Source: Myxococcales bacterium
Lineage (GTDB): Bacteria > Myxococcota_A > Polyangia > Polyangiales > DASUME01
Reading direction: 5' to 3'
NCBI GenBank assembly: GCA_047601445.1
Contig: JASGJH010000001.1
Location: 8,352,001-8,416,000, forward strand
Length of the DNA stretch: 64,000 nt
Every line of letters starts with the position of its first letter. Position 1 is the stretch's first letter. Positions 19,622-29,069 of this stretch are shown here, in pieces. Made by a program: the position numbers and the translations under genes. The notes under the pieces were generated by a model. That model was not told the origin of the DNA. It saw only the letters and a program-made list of their open reading frames with translations, and searched no databases.

Positions 19622-22600
19622 ATGCGGAAGTCGTCGGCGAGGGCGGTCACTCTGGTAGCGGCCGTGTCATCCGTTTGTCTGCTGCTCGGGGGCGTGTGGT
19701 GGTACCGCGGGGAAGGGCGAGAACCCACGCGTGACTTAGATGCGGTGCGCGCGCCCTCACTGGCTCAGGGACCTATGCTGGGGGAACCGCTCGACCTCGC
19801 AGCGAGGCGGCCCTCGAGCCCTGGGGAGCGCGCCAGCCAATCCGCCTCATCCGCCCAGGCGCCCGTCGACGTGGGCGCCGTGATGCGGCGCGTACGCCAT
19901 GGGTTTCGCGAGGACGTGGCAGCGGGTGGTTCTGGCCCCAGGCCAAGCAAGGGCGCTTCAGAGCGATTCAAGGGCGGCGCGGACATCTATCGCGTGCAGG
20001 TGGACAAGGGCGCGGTGACGCTCACGCCGGTCCACTATCCGAATGGCCGCCCCGTCGGGGCCGCCCGCCGCGAACCAAGACTGCTCGACCCTGTTCAAAA
20101 CCCGGCGTCGTCCGGGGAAGAGCGTCTCGCCGGCTCCCCCTTGACCCTCGAGACCAGCGCCATCACGCGCGGCGGCAAGAGCCTGCTCGCTGCGCCCATG
20201 ACCGAGGTCGGGAGCGAGGGCGAGCTGCGCATCAAACGCGGCGCAGTGACCGAAGTGCTGAGAAACTCGGAGCAGGACCTCGAGCAGAGCTGGGAGCTGA
20301 GCAAGCCTCCCGCGGGAGAAGGCGATCTCCTGGTCCGCGTGGCAGTCCGCGGACAGAAGCTGCGCGCGGCAGACCACACGGGCTTGCACTTCGTCGGCAG
20401 TCAGCACGAGCTCGGCTTCGCCTACTCCCATGCCACTGTGGTGGACGCGAGCGGAGAGCGCACGCCGGTGCCGGTTCGCTTTGAGGACGGAGCGATCGTG
20501 CTCGCGGTGAACGCCGAGCTACTGGACGAGGCGGAGTATCCGCTCGTGATCGACCCGGTGGTGGGTCCGGAGCGTGACACAGGGATCCCGGTGTTCGGCC
20601 CGGCGAGCCTGGATGAAGGCGATCCCGTCGTGGCAGCGAGTGGCCAGGGGACGTACCTCGTAGTGTGGGAGGTGAACCAGGACCTCTATGGGACGCGTGT
20701 GAACGCCAGCGGTTCGGTGCTCGACCCCGCGGGAATCGCCATCTCGACGGCCATGAATGCCCAGGTCGCCCCCGCCGTGGCGCATGACGGAACCAACTGG
20801 CTCGTCGTCTGGTCCGACTTCCGCAGTGGCGCTGCCAACATCCTCGGGACGCGAGTTCGCACCACCACGGGCGCCGTCCTCGACCCCAATGGCTTCACGA
20901 TTTCGAACGCGGTCGACGCTCAATCGACCCCTGCGGTCGCGCACAATGGAAGCAACTGGCTCGTCGTCTGGGCGGACGCACGTAACGCCACGGGCTCGTC
21001 GGATGTCTACGGTGCGCGTGTGACCTCGAATGGCGTGATCCTCGACGCCAACGGGATCGCCATGTCCACCGCCGCCAACGTGCAATCGGCCCCATCCGTG
21101 GCGTCCGGCGGAGCCAACTGGCTGGTCGCGTGGAATGACTACCGCAGCGACGTCAACCATCCCGACGTCTACGCTGCCCGCATCGATGCCAACGGTGTCC
21201 TCGTCGATTCCAGCGGCATCGCCATCGCGACGGGTGCGGGCGACGAGCGCAACCCCGCGGTGGCCTACGACGGGACCCAGTGGCTGATCGCCATGGAGCG
21301 TGCGACCGACCTCTATGGGGCGCGGCTGAGCGCTGCTGGCGTCGTGCTCGATCCGAGTGGCTTCGTCGTCTCGACGGCAGTCAACAGCCAGAGCGACCCC
21401 GCAGTGTCCTACGATGGATCCAACTGGGTGGTGGTCTGGTCGGACGCTCGCTCGGGCGTTCCAAGCGTCTACGGGGCGCGCGTGAACGCCGGCGCGACGG
21501 TGCTCGACGCTAGTGGATTCCCAATCGCGACCGCCGCCCAGTCTCGCTACCCTGCCATCGCACGGGATGGAACCAGCTGCCTCGTCGTTTGGGAGGACGA
21601 TCGCAGCACGGCCGCCACCACCATCTACGGCGCGCGCGTAAGCTCCGGCTCGATTCTCGACGCCTCGGGAATCGCGCTCTCGAGCAGCGCCGCCAACCAG
21701 CAATCGAGCGTCGCGCTCGCCTACGACGGCACCAACTGGCTCGTGGTCTGGCGGGACGATGACGTGGACTCTTCCGACATCTACGGAACGCGTGTGAACG
21801 CAGCGGGTGTCGTTCTCGACCCGAACGGCATCGGCATCGCGACGGGGCCTTTCAGTCAGTTCAACCCGGCGGTCGCGCACAACGGAACGGACTGGCTCGT
21901 CGTCTGGGAAGACTCGAGTGATAGCCCCAGCCTGTACGATCTCTACGGAACGCGCGTAACCGCCAACGGCACGGTGCTCAATCCGACCCCGATCGCCATC
22001 TCGACTGCCGCCCAAAACCAGCTCTCTCCCGCGATTGCGTCCGATGGATACAACTGGTTCGTCGTTTGGCACGACAACCGGAGCGGCAACTACGACACCT
22101 ACGGCACGCGTGTCGACGCCAGTGGCTTCGTCCTCAATCCGAGCGGCTTGGCCCTTTCGACGGCCACCAACAACCAGCTCTATCCGGCCGCGTCGTACGA
22201 TGGAACCAACTGGCTCGTGGTCTGGCAGGACTATCGAAACGGCAGCGGCAACAGCGACATCTACGGCACGCGCGTCAGCTCGAGCGGCGTCCTGCTCAAC
22301 CCGAGCGGCATCAGCATCGCGACTGGGGCACAGAGCCAGCTCTTCCCCGCGCTCGCGCACGACGGTACCAACTGGCTCGTGGCCTGGGACGACTTTCGCG
22401 GCGCCACCTACGACATCTACGGTGCCCGGGTCAACGCAGGGGGCGGCCTGCTGGACACCAGCGGACTCGTCCTCGGTAGCGGCGCAGGCGATCAGACCTC
22501 CGCTTCGGTGGCGCACGACGGCACCAGCTGGATCGTGGCTTGGCAAGACAAGCGCAGCGGCGGCAGCATCGACATCTACGGCTCGCGCGTGGACGCCAAC

Positions 22601-23731
22601 GGCGTGCGCCTCGATGCGAACGGATTCGGCATCGCGACGGGCTCGCCAAACGAGCAGGCCCCTGCGATCGCCTCCGGCCCGAATGGCACGCTGCTGGTTT
22701 CATACGCTTCTGTGTCGGGCGCGAACGTCCGCGCGAAGATACGCCTGTTCCGCGGTCAGTGCGCCGCGGCCGACGTCACCTGCGACGGGGTCGACGATGA
22801 TTGCAATGGCACCGCCGACGAAGACTACGTGCCCACGCCGGGCTCGTGCGGCGTCGGCGCCTGTCTCGCGATGGCCACCAAGAGCTGTAGCGCGGGTGTG
22901 GAGCACGTGGTTTGTACACCGGGAACGCCGGCATCGAGCGACGCCACCTGCAACGGCATCGACGAGGACTGCAACGGCACCAAGGACGAGGACTACGTGC
23001 CGTCCGCCACGGCCTGCGGTATCGGCGCATGCTCTGCCAACGGTACCAAGAGCTGCGTCGCGGGCAGCGAACACGACAGTTGCACACCGGGGACGCCGGC
23101 CCCGAGCGACGCCACTTGCAACGGTCTCGACGATGACTGCAACGGCACCAGCGACGAGGACTATCTGCTCACCGCTACGGCGTGCGGCGTCGGCGTCTGC
23201 TCCGCCAGCGGTACCCTGAGCTGCACTGCGGGTAGCGAACACAACAGCTGCACGCCTGGGACCCCCGCCTCGAGCGACGCCACCTGCAACGGTCTCGACG
23301 ACGACTGCAACGGCACCAGCGACGAGGACTACGTGCCCGTCGCCACCACCTGCGGCATGGGCGTGTGCTCCGCCAGCGGAAGCATGAGGTGCATCACGGG
23401 CCAAGAGAGCAATAACTGCGTGCCCGGCGCGCCCACGGGCAACGACGCCAGCTGCAACGGGCTCGACGACGACTGCGACGGCCACAGTGACGAAGCCTTC
23501 GTCGCTGTCCAAGGATGCGGCGTCTGCGTCTCGGGTACGTGTACCACGCTCCCGAGTGGCGCGAGCTGCACGACAGGACTGCAGTGTACCTCGGGCTTTT
23601 GCAAGAACTCGGTCTGCGCCGCCGCATCGGCAGTGCCCGCATCCAACCTGTTTGGGCTGAGCTTGCTGGCGGTGGGATTGGCCGCGGTCGGTGCGGCCGG
23701 CATGCGCAAGCGGCGCCGAAGCGAGCGCTGA
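19622..23731 (+). CDS. Large surface protein: 14 beta-propeller-like repeats, 5 Cys/Asp-rich (MopE-like) repeats, IPTL-CTERM-like sorting signal
   Basis: N-terminal hydrophobic signal; repeats PAVAxDGTNWLVVWxDxR...DIYGxRV...GxVLDPxG; repeats TCNGxDDDCNGxxDEDY; C-terminus VPASNLFG-LSLLAVGLAAVGAAG-MRKRRR. Confidence 0.85.
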   Translation: MRKSSARAVTLVAAVSSVCLLLGGVWWYRGEGREPTRDLDAVRAPSLAQGPMLGEPLDLAARRPSSPGERASQSASSAQAPVDVGAVMRRVRHGFREDVAAGGSGPRPSKGASERFKGGADIYRVQVDKGAVTLTPVHYPNGRPVGAARREPRLLDPVQNPASSGEERLAGSPLTLETSAITRGGKSLLAAPMTEVGSEGELRIKRGAVTEVLRNSEQDLEQSWELSKPPAGEGDLLVRVAVRGQKLRAADHTGLHFVGSQHELGFAYSHATVVDASGERTPVPVRFEDGAIVLAVNAELLDEAEYPLVIDPVVGPERDTGIPVFGPASLDEGDPVVAASGQGTYLVVWEVNQDLYGTRVNASGSVLDPAGIAISTAMNAQVAPAVAHDGTNWLVVWSDFRSGAANILGTRVRTTTGAVLDPNGFTISNAVDAQSTPAVAHNGSNWLVVWADARNATGSSDVYGARVTSNGVILDANGIAMSTAANVQSAPSVASGGANWLVAWNDYRSDVNHPDVYAARIDANGVLVDSSGIAIATGAGDERNPAVAYDGTQWLIAMERATDLYGARLSAAGVVLDPSGFVVSTAVNSQSDPAVSYDGSNWVVVWSDARSGVPSVYGARVNAGATVLDASGFPIATAAQSRYPAIARDGTSCLVVWEDDRSTAATTIYGARVSSGSILDASGIALSSSAANQQSSVALAYDGTNWLVVWRDDDVDSSDIYGTRVNAAGVVLDPNGIGIATGPFSQFNPAVAHNGTDWLVVWEDSSDSPSLYDLYGTRVTANGTVLNPTPIAISTAAQNQLSPAIASDGYNWFVVWHDNRSGNYDTYGTRVDASGFVLNPSGLALSTATNNQLYPAASYDGTNWLVVWQDYRNGSGNSDIYGTRVSSSGVLLNPSGISIATGAQSQLFPALAHDGTNWLVAWDDFRGATYDIYGARVNAGGGLLDTSGLVLGSGAGDQTSASVAHDGTSWIVAWQDKRSGGSIDIYGSRVDANGVRLDANGFGIATGSPNEQAPAIASGPNGTLLVSYASVSGANVRAKIRLFRGQCAAADVTCDGVDDDCNGTADEDYVPTPGSCGVGACLAMATKSCSAGVEHVVCTPGTPASSDATCNGIDEDCNGTKDEDYVPSATACGIGACSANGTKSCVAGSEHDSCTPGTPAPSDATCNGLDDDCNGTSDEDYLLTATACGVGVCSASGTLSCTAGSEHNSCTPGTPASSDATCNGLDDDCNGTSDEDYVPVATTCGMGVCSASGSMRCITGQESNNCVPGAPTGNDASCNGLDDDCDGHSDEAFVAVQGCGVCVSGTCTTLPSGASCTTGLQCTSGFCKNSVCAAASAVPASNLFGLSLLAVGLAAVGAAGMRKRRRSER

Positions 23732-23748
23732 GGGCCACGTCCGTTAGG

Positions 23749-24789
23749 CTATTCCGAGGTCACGGCGTCACACCCGTCGCTGTTAGCGATCACGAAGCGC
23801 GAAGCAGAGTAGCACCCTCCAAACGCCGTCACCGGGGCACCAGCTTGCTCGGCCGCGTCGGTGAGCAACTGGAGGGTGTCACTACCCTCCGAGTCCTCTC
23901 CATAGCCGATATCGCCAGTGGTGATCTCGCGGATGGGCGTGCCCGGCGGAGCGGAGACTTGTACGGTGTCGAAGCTAGTCCAGATGACCTCGGCGAGTTG
24001 CACGCCTTCGTCCTGCGTGATGACCCAGTTCATGGCCTCGTAGCTTGAGAGCACCAGCGTTACAGGAACCCCCACGCGCTCGACGTGCACGCTCGCGTCG
24101 TGCGTCGCAGGTTCGGCAAAGGAATCGCCGCTGCTGCGCCCTTCGTACACACCGATGACGTAGACTTCGGGTGAGCCGGCCTCACCCTCGAGCTGACGCA
24201 CACGGTAGCCAGCCTGGACGTAGCAGTCCTGCACGCGTACTCGTCCTTCACACGTGGCGGGGGCTTGCCCGTCGTTCCCGTCATCGATGACAAGCTCCAC
24301 GTCGTAGCCGCCGATCTCGAAGTTCGTGCTCCGTAGCTCGAATTGGAGCGAGACCGCGCTGCCTTGGCCCGCGCTCACCTTGAACCCAAGAGGATTGTCG
24401 GAGATGACGTTCGCCAGGAACGGGCGATCCGTCTGGACCGTGGAATCGACGGGCTCCAGAAAAGCATGGCCCACGATCGAGACCCAGTACGTCCCTGGCG
24501 GGGCAACGTCGGAGATGGTGTCCTCCATCAGTTCGTCGGTCGCGTAGGTCTTGCGGAAGTTCGCTCCGGCCACGACGACGGTGGCGCCCCGCAGACGGTA
24601 GCTTGGGCCGGACGCCCCCGGGGTGACCAAGGTCAGCGCGAAGGACCCTGTCGTGGTGCTCTCGTCGGGTGCATCTCCGCTACCCCGGTGCGAAGCGCGC
24701 GACGTGGGCTCGTCTCCGTCGCCACAGGAGACCGAGGCCAAAGCCAGTAAGCCAGCGATCAGACGCGCTTTCGTTTCCGGGTGATGCAC
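23749..24789 (-). CDS. Hypothetical lipoprotein
   Basis: Lipobox SVSC; Ig-like N-part (YRLRGA); C-part VYVIGVYE...LVLSSYEAMNW. Confidence 0.75.
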   Translation of the reverse strand: MHHPETKARLIAGLLALASVSCGDGDEPTSRASHRGSGDAPDESTTTGSFALTLVTPGASGPSYRLRGATVVVAGANFRKTYATDELMEDTISDVAPPGTYWVSIVGHAFLEPVDSTVQTDRPFLANVISDNPLGFKVSAGQGSAVSLQFELRSTNFEIGGYDVELVIDDGNDGQAPATCEGRVRVQDCYVQAGYRVRQLEGEAGSPEVYVIGVYEGRSSGDSFAEPATHDASVHVERVGVPVTLVLSSYEAMNWVITQDEGVQLAEVIWTSFDTVQVSAPPGTPIREITTGDIGYGEDSEGSDTLQLLTDAAEQAGAPVTAFGGCYSASRFVIANSDGCDAVTSE

Positions 24790-24929
24790 GAGCCCTCCGA
24801 GTGATAGGAATGGGAGCCTCGAGCCTCGCAGAATGGTCCAGCCGAGCCGATGTTTTGGGAGGGTCTCACCCCGGCTTCATCCCACGTAGTGCTCCGCATG
24901 AAAGGTGTGCGTGTTGCACGCAGTCGTCC

Positions 24930-26096
24930 TCAGGGCCCGTCCTCCTCCTCCTCTCCAGTCAGCACGTTGTAGGCCTTCGAGTCGAAGTCACTGACGCTGT
25001 ATGCCGCCGTCCAATACTCCGGGTCGGCCTCGACGCCCTCGGCGACAGGGAAGGTCAGCTGTGCGATCTGCACGTGGGCCAGGCGGTAGGGCCCGGCGCG
25101 GGCGGCGTCGTGCAGGAGCTTCCCGTAATAGTCGAACTCGAGCCAGTGCGTACCGCGGGTCAGCGTATAGGTACGCTCGCTGACGCCCACCGGAAAGCCG
25201 TCGTCGGTGTAGAGAGACGCCATCAGTTGGTAGTCGCCGTCCGTGTCCACGTTGACCTCGGCCGAGAGCACCAGCGCTCCTGCGACGACAGTGTCGCGAT
25301 ACTGTCCGGTGAGGCGCGCGTAGGAGGGTTGCAGCATGAAGGCCGCGCTTTGGCTGACCTCTGCGTCCAGACCTACGCGCACCAGGTACAGCCCCGGTTG
25401 GCGCACGGGTCCATCGGCCGCGAGCTCGAGCACCCCTTCGTAGTGACCCGCTGCGTTCGTGGTGAGTTTGAACTCGCTGAGATCCGAGCCGTTCTCCCCG
25501 CGCAGGACGGCGGAGAGCGTGGTGGGCAAAGGCTGCTGTGCGCGCCCGCCGGTGGCATCCAGCAAGGCGGTTACCCGCAGCGTCGACCCGGGCTCATATT
25601 GCTTGCGGTCGGTGAACACGGTCAGGCGCAGGTTGCCGTCGGCGCTCGTGGCGCTGCGTCGCTCCACCTCGCGGGCCCGCAGCACCGGATCGTGGCGCTC
25701 CAACAGAAAGCGCTGGTTGTGTGCGGGATAGCGACTCTGCTCCTCGATGGCGCGCATGATCGAGGTCTCCATGTCCGTGCGATTGGACTTGCTGGCGAGC
25801 TCGCGGTAGGTCGCGCGATCGCGCGCCAGGCGCTCCTGTTCGCTCCGGGTGCGCGCCGTGGGGGTGGTGAGTTTGGCCAGCTCTGCCATCAGCGCTTCCG
25901 GACTCTCCGCGGCTGCCGCCCGCAGCGGATCGCTCGGCTCGAGGCGTACTTGTGCCGCGCTCTGTCGGGCCTCGCTGGCAGGTGCGCCACAGTCCATATC
26001 GACCGCGCTGGCGGGGCGCCAGGCGCGTTGGACCATCCAACTGGCGAGGAGAACGAGCAGGACGCAGGTGGCGTCCGACCAAACTCGACGGCTCAT
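24930..26096 (-). CDS. Exported Ig-like domain protein (DUF4785-like), lipase partner
   Basis: N-terminal TM; C-terminal HWLEFDYYGKLLHDAARAGPYRL; starts 8 nt after the lipase stop. Confidence 0.6.
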   Translation of the reverse strand: MSRRVWSDATCVLLVLLASWMVQRAWRPASAVDMDCGAPASEARQSAAQVRLEPSDPLRAAAAESPEALMAELAKLTTPTARTRSEQERLARDRATYRELASKSNRTDMETSIMRAIEEQSRYPAHNQRFLLERHDPVLRAREVERRSATSADGNLRLTVFTDRKQYEPGSTLRVTALLDATGGRAQQPLPTTLSAVLRGENGSDLSEFKLTTNAAGHYEGVLELAADGPVRQPGLYLVRVGLDAEVSQSAAFMLQPSYARLTGQYRDTVVAGALVLSAEVNVDTDGDYQLMASLYTDDGFPVGVSERTYTLTRGTHWLEFDYYGKLLHDAARAGPYRLAHVQIAQLTFPVAEGVEADPEYWTAAYSVSDFDSKAYNVLTGEEEEDGP

Positions 26097-26103
26097 CGGG
26101 ACC

Positions 26104-27237
26104 TCAGAGGCTGCCGCTCGCCACGCACTTGGGGATGGCGCGGCTCATGTCCAGGTTAGTACCGCAGTTGAGTGCGTCGGCGGCGCCCGTGTCCTGAGCG
26201 ACGGTTCCAGTCTTCACGCCGCGTTCCGACTCGTGGTCCTGATCGAAGGTGCCCACGTTGAAGGTATTGCTGTGCCGCTTGTTGAGGTTGTTGCAGCTGA
26301 AGGTGACCGCCACGCCGAAGGCGTATTCGCGCAGGTCGGACTCGAGGTCGCGCGTGGGTGAACCCGCGCAATTCATCTGGGACGCGAGGTTGACGGTGCC
26401 GTCATCTTCGCCGCCGAGCAGCGCCGAGGAGGCCGTGAGCGGCATGGCGAAGCTGGCCGTGCCACCGAAGTGATAGGTGGGCTTCAGCATCTTGCTGCCG
26501 CTGTTGGCGCTCGGGTTGTACTGGGCGAGCGTCTGCAGCGACGGCGTGCAACCTGCGCCCACCACCTGCTCGGCCAGCGCCTTGCTCGCTCCGTTGGTGC
26601 ACACGATGTCCATGCCCTGGGTGCCGTTGATCGCGCCGCCGATGGTGATCAGCGCCGTGATCTTGCTCATCGCCGTGTCGAGTGGCAGGGCGGTCGTGGC
26701 AGCTCCCGCCAGCGTGCTCGCGGTGATGGTTGCGCCGTCGGCGGTGACGAGACCCTTGTTGTAGAAGCGCGCGCCCGGGTAGGCGTTGGCATTGATGTAC
26801 GTCATCACCTGGGCACCCTGACTGTGGGCGACCACGTAGAAGCGGTCCGAGGCGCTGCACTGGCCGGCATGGCTGTAGTAGTCGCCCTGGCCGGAGGTGA
26901 TGCTGATCAGCTGCGCCACCACGCTGGCGACGACGTCGGCCTGCCAGTAGGCCTTGTGCGGGCCGTCGTAGGCGTTCCAGCGGATCACGCCGTGGTTGGC
27001 GAGCCCGTTTTGCGTGACGCTCTGAATGAAGTCGCCGTTGGTGGTGCGCCAGTAGTTGTAGCCGTAAGCCACGCTGTTCGGCGCATTGGGGTCGACTCCG
27101 ATGGGATCCTGCGTCGTGTCGGCCGCGCGGGTGTGGCCGTGAACGAGGATGAAGCAATCCTTGGCGGCGGCGGACTGCGGGAGAGCACTGGCGGCGGCGC
27201 AGAGGCCGAGCGCGAGCAGACTGGTCTTGAAGAGCAT
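26104..27237 (-). CDS. Secreted alpha/beta-hydrolase (lipase-like)
   Basis: Signal peptide; ILVHG, AHSQG nucleophile elbow, DDGTV and DH; GAGG RBS. Confidence 0.85.
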   Translation of the reverse strand: MLFKTSLLALGLCAAASALPQSAAAKDCFILVHGHTRAADTTQDPIGVDPNAPNSVAYGYNYWRTTNGDFIQSVTQNGLANHGVIRWNAYDGPHKAYWQADVVASVVAQLISITSGQGDYYSHAGQCSASDRFYVVAHSQGAQVMTYINANAYPGARFYNKGLVTADGATITASTLAGAATTALPLDTAMSKITALITIGGAINGTQGMDIVCTNGASKALAEQVVGAGCTPSLQTLAQYNPSANSGSKMLKPTYHFGGTASFAMPLTASSALLGGEDDGTVNLASQMNCAGSPTRDLESDLREYAFGVAVTFSCNNLNKRHSNTFNVGTFDQDHESERGVKTGTVAQDTGAADALNCGTNLDMSRAIPKCVASGSL

Positions 27238-27277
27238 GTGGCTGAAACCTCGCTGTGATGCGGTTTGCAGCCCCTAC

Positions 27278-27293
27278 AGCAGCGACCGTGCCA
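27278..27293 (-). promoter_or_regulatory. Sigma-54 (-24/-12) promoter of the lipase operon
   Basis: Minus strand reads TGGCACGGTCGCTGCT (GG-N10-GC), 41 nt upstream of the lipase ATG and just downstream of a sigma-54 activator gene. Confidence 0.8.
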
Positions 27294-27442
27294 ATCGGCA
27301 CAGGTACGCGCAAAACGTAGCAAAACGCGCGCGATCTCGCCGGGTCCGGGCACCATCAGGGCGGCTCGCTACGGACCTGGGTTGTCAAAGCGATAAGGCG
27401 CGCTTCCCCGGGGCCTATCGAAAGCGCAACACTCGGACGACC

Positions 27443-28948
27443 CTAGCGGGAGCCGAGTTGCTTCATCAGGCGTGACAGATTGGACGGGTGGAGCCCGAGG
27501 GTCCGCGCGGCCTGGGCTTGGTTGCCTTCCGCCTGGGCCAGCGCCTCGGCGATGGCGCGCCGCTTGGTCGCAGCGACCTGGTCCGCCAGCGTGCCAGGCC
27601 CCGACGTCTCGGAGTGCTCCGCATGCTCCGCTTCGCCGACGCTGTCCCGCAGCTCTTCGGGCAGATCTTGCGGCGTGATCTCGTTCCCCTCGCACAACAC
27701 CACGGCCCGTTCGATGACGTTGGCCAGTTCCCGCACGTTGCCGGGCCAGGCGTAGCCGCGCAGATGGGCGAGGGCCGCGCGACCGAGCGAGAGGCCGGGC
27801 CGCTTCTGCTCCCGACAGGCACGCTGCAGCAGGTGCTGCGCCAGCTCGTCGATATCGGTCCTTCGCTCCCGCAGCGGCGGCAGTGTGACGCTGATCACGT
27901 TCAGCCGGTAGAACAGGTCCTTGCGAAAGCGACCCTCCTGAATGGCCTGTTTCAGATCGCGGTTGGTGGCCGCCAGGAGGCGCACGTCGGGGCGCAGCGT
28001 CTCGTTGCCTCCCACACGCTGGATCTCCCCATCTTGCAGGACACGGAGCAGCTTGGTCTGCACCTCCAGCGGCAGCTCGCCGACCTCGTCCAGAAACAGC
28101 GTACCGCCGTCGGCGAACTCGAACTTGCCCCGCTTGCGCGCGATGGCGCCCGTGAAGGCGCCCCGCTCGTGGCCAAACAGCTCGCTCTCCAGCAGCGTGG
28201 GGCTCAGGGCCACGCAATTGATCACCACGAAGGGCTTGTCGGAGCGATCGCTCCAAGCGTGCACGGCCCGCGCGGCGAGCTCCTTGCCCACGCCGCTCTC
28301 GCCCAACAGCAGCACCGTGGACTTGCTCTTCGCAGCGCGCTCCAGGGTGCGCAGCTGGCGCGCCATCTCCTCATGCTGACCGGCCACCAGCTGATAGCGC
28401 CGCTCGGTCTCGTCGCGTAAGAGCAGCGCCCCATCGCGGGCGGCTTGCTCGACGCGAGTTCGGAGCACGGTGGCGCCCACCATCCCGGCGAGCACTTCGA
28501 GCCACTGCGTGTGCTCGCTGGCAAAGCCGCTCGGTAGACCGGTGTTCAGTACTTGCAACGTGCCGAGGCGCTCGCCACCACGCGCGATGGGACAGCAGAT
28601 CATCGAGCGCGTGCGGTGCCCGCTGGTCTCGTCGACCTTCGAGAAGAAGCTGGTCTCTGCGGCGACGTCGTTGGAACAGAAGCTGATGCCCGTGCGAAAC
28701 ACCTGGCCCGCGATGCCCTGGTCCGCCGGGATGCGGAAGGGAGCGACCGAGGCCGGACCTTGGCTCAGGAAAAACACCAACTCGTCTCGCGCCCGGTCGT
28801 AGAGGGACAGGCTGCAGGCCTCCGCCGCGAACAGCTGGAGCGCAGAGTCCGCTACGGCGGAAAGGACCTGCTCCGCGTCGGTGAGATTCATCAGCGCATG
28901 CGAGGCCTGCACCAGCGGCACGAGGCCCGAGTTCGACGAGGAGGTCAC
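27443..28948 (-). CDS. Sigma-54-dependent enhancer-binding protein (GAF-AAA+-Fis HTH)
   Basis: GAF ([15 protein letters not shown]), [37 protein letters not shown] and C-terminal HTH. GTG at 28948 has AGGA upstream. Confidence 0.95.
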   Translation of the reverse strand: MTSSSNSGLVPLVQASHALMNLTDAEQVLSAVADSALQLFAAEACSLSLYDRARDELVFFLSQGPASVAPFRIPADQGIAGQVFRTGISFCSNDVAAETSFFSKVDETSGHRTRSMICCPIARGGERLGTLQVLNTGLPSGFASEHTQWLEVLAGMVGATVLRTRVEQAARDGALLLRDETERRYQLVAGQHEEMARQLRTLERAAKSKSTVLLLGESGVGKELAARAVHAWSDRSDKPFVVINCVALSPTLLESELFGHERGAFTGAIARKRGKFEFADGGTLFLDEVGELPLEVQTKLLRVLQDGEIQRVGGNETLRPDVRLLAATNRDLKQAIQEGRFRKDLFYRLNVISVTLPPLRERRTDIDELAQHLLQRACREQKRPGLSLGRAALAHLRGYAWPGNVRELANVIERAVVLCEGNEITPQDLPEELRDSVGEAEHAEHSETSGPGTLADQVAATKRRAIAEALAQAEGNQAQAARTLGLHPSNLSRLMKQLGSR

Positions 28949-29069
28949 GCGAGTTCCTAGTCCCGAAGGCCGCGCGCCGCCACGCGTGGGGCGGAGATTG
29001 TGGGCGAACTTACGGGTCGCGCCGTGGATTGCGTTCCTCCCGCCGCTGATTCGGCTATCCCTGGGACAG

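Noticed and set aside
20519..22546. 675-aa repetitive minus-strand ORF, and similar long antisense ORFs (36912-38522, 40449-42494, 42793-44469, 45287-47299)
   Set aside because: Each lies opposite a gene with clear family motifs and has none of its own.
22770..23500. Regularly spaced DNA repeats resembling a CRISPR array
   Set aside because: They are in-frame coding repeats of ~165 nt with similar intervening sequence; no cas genes are present.
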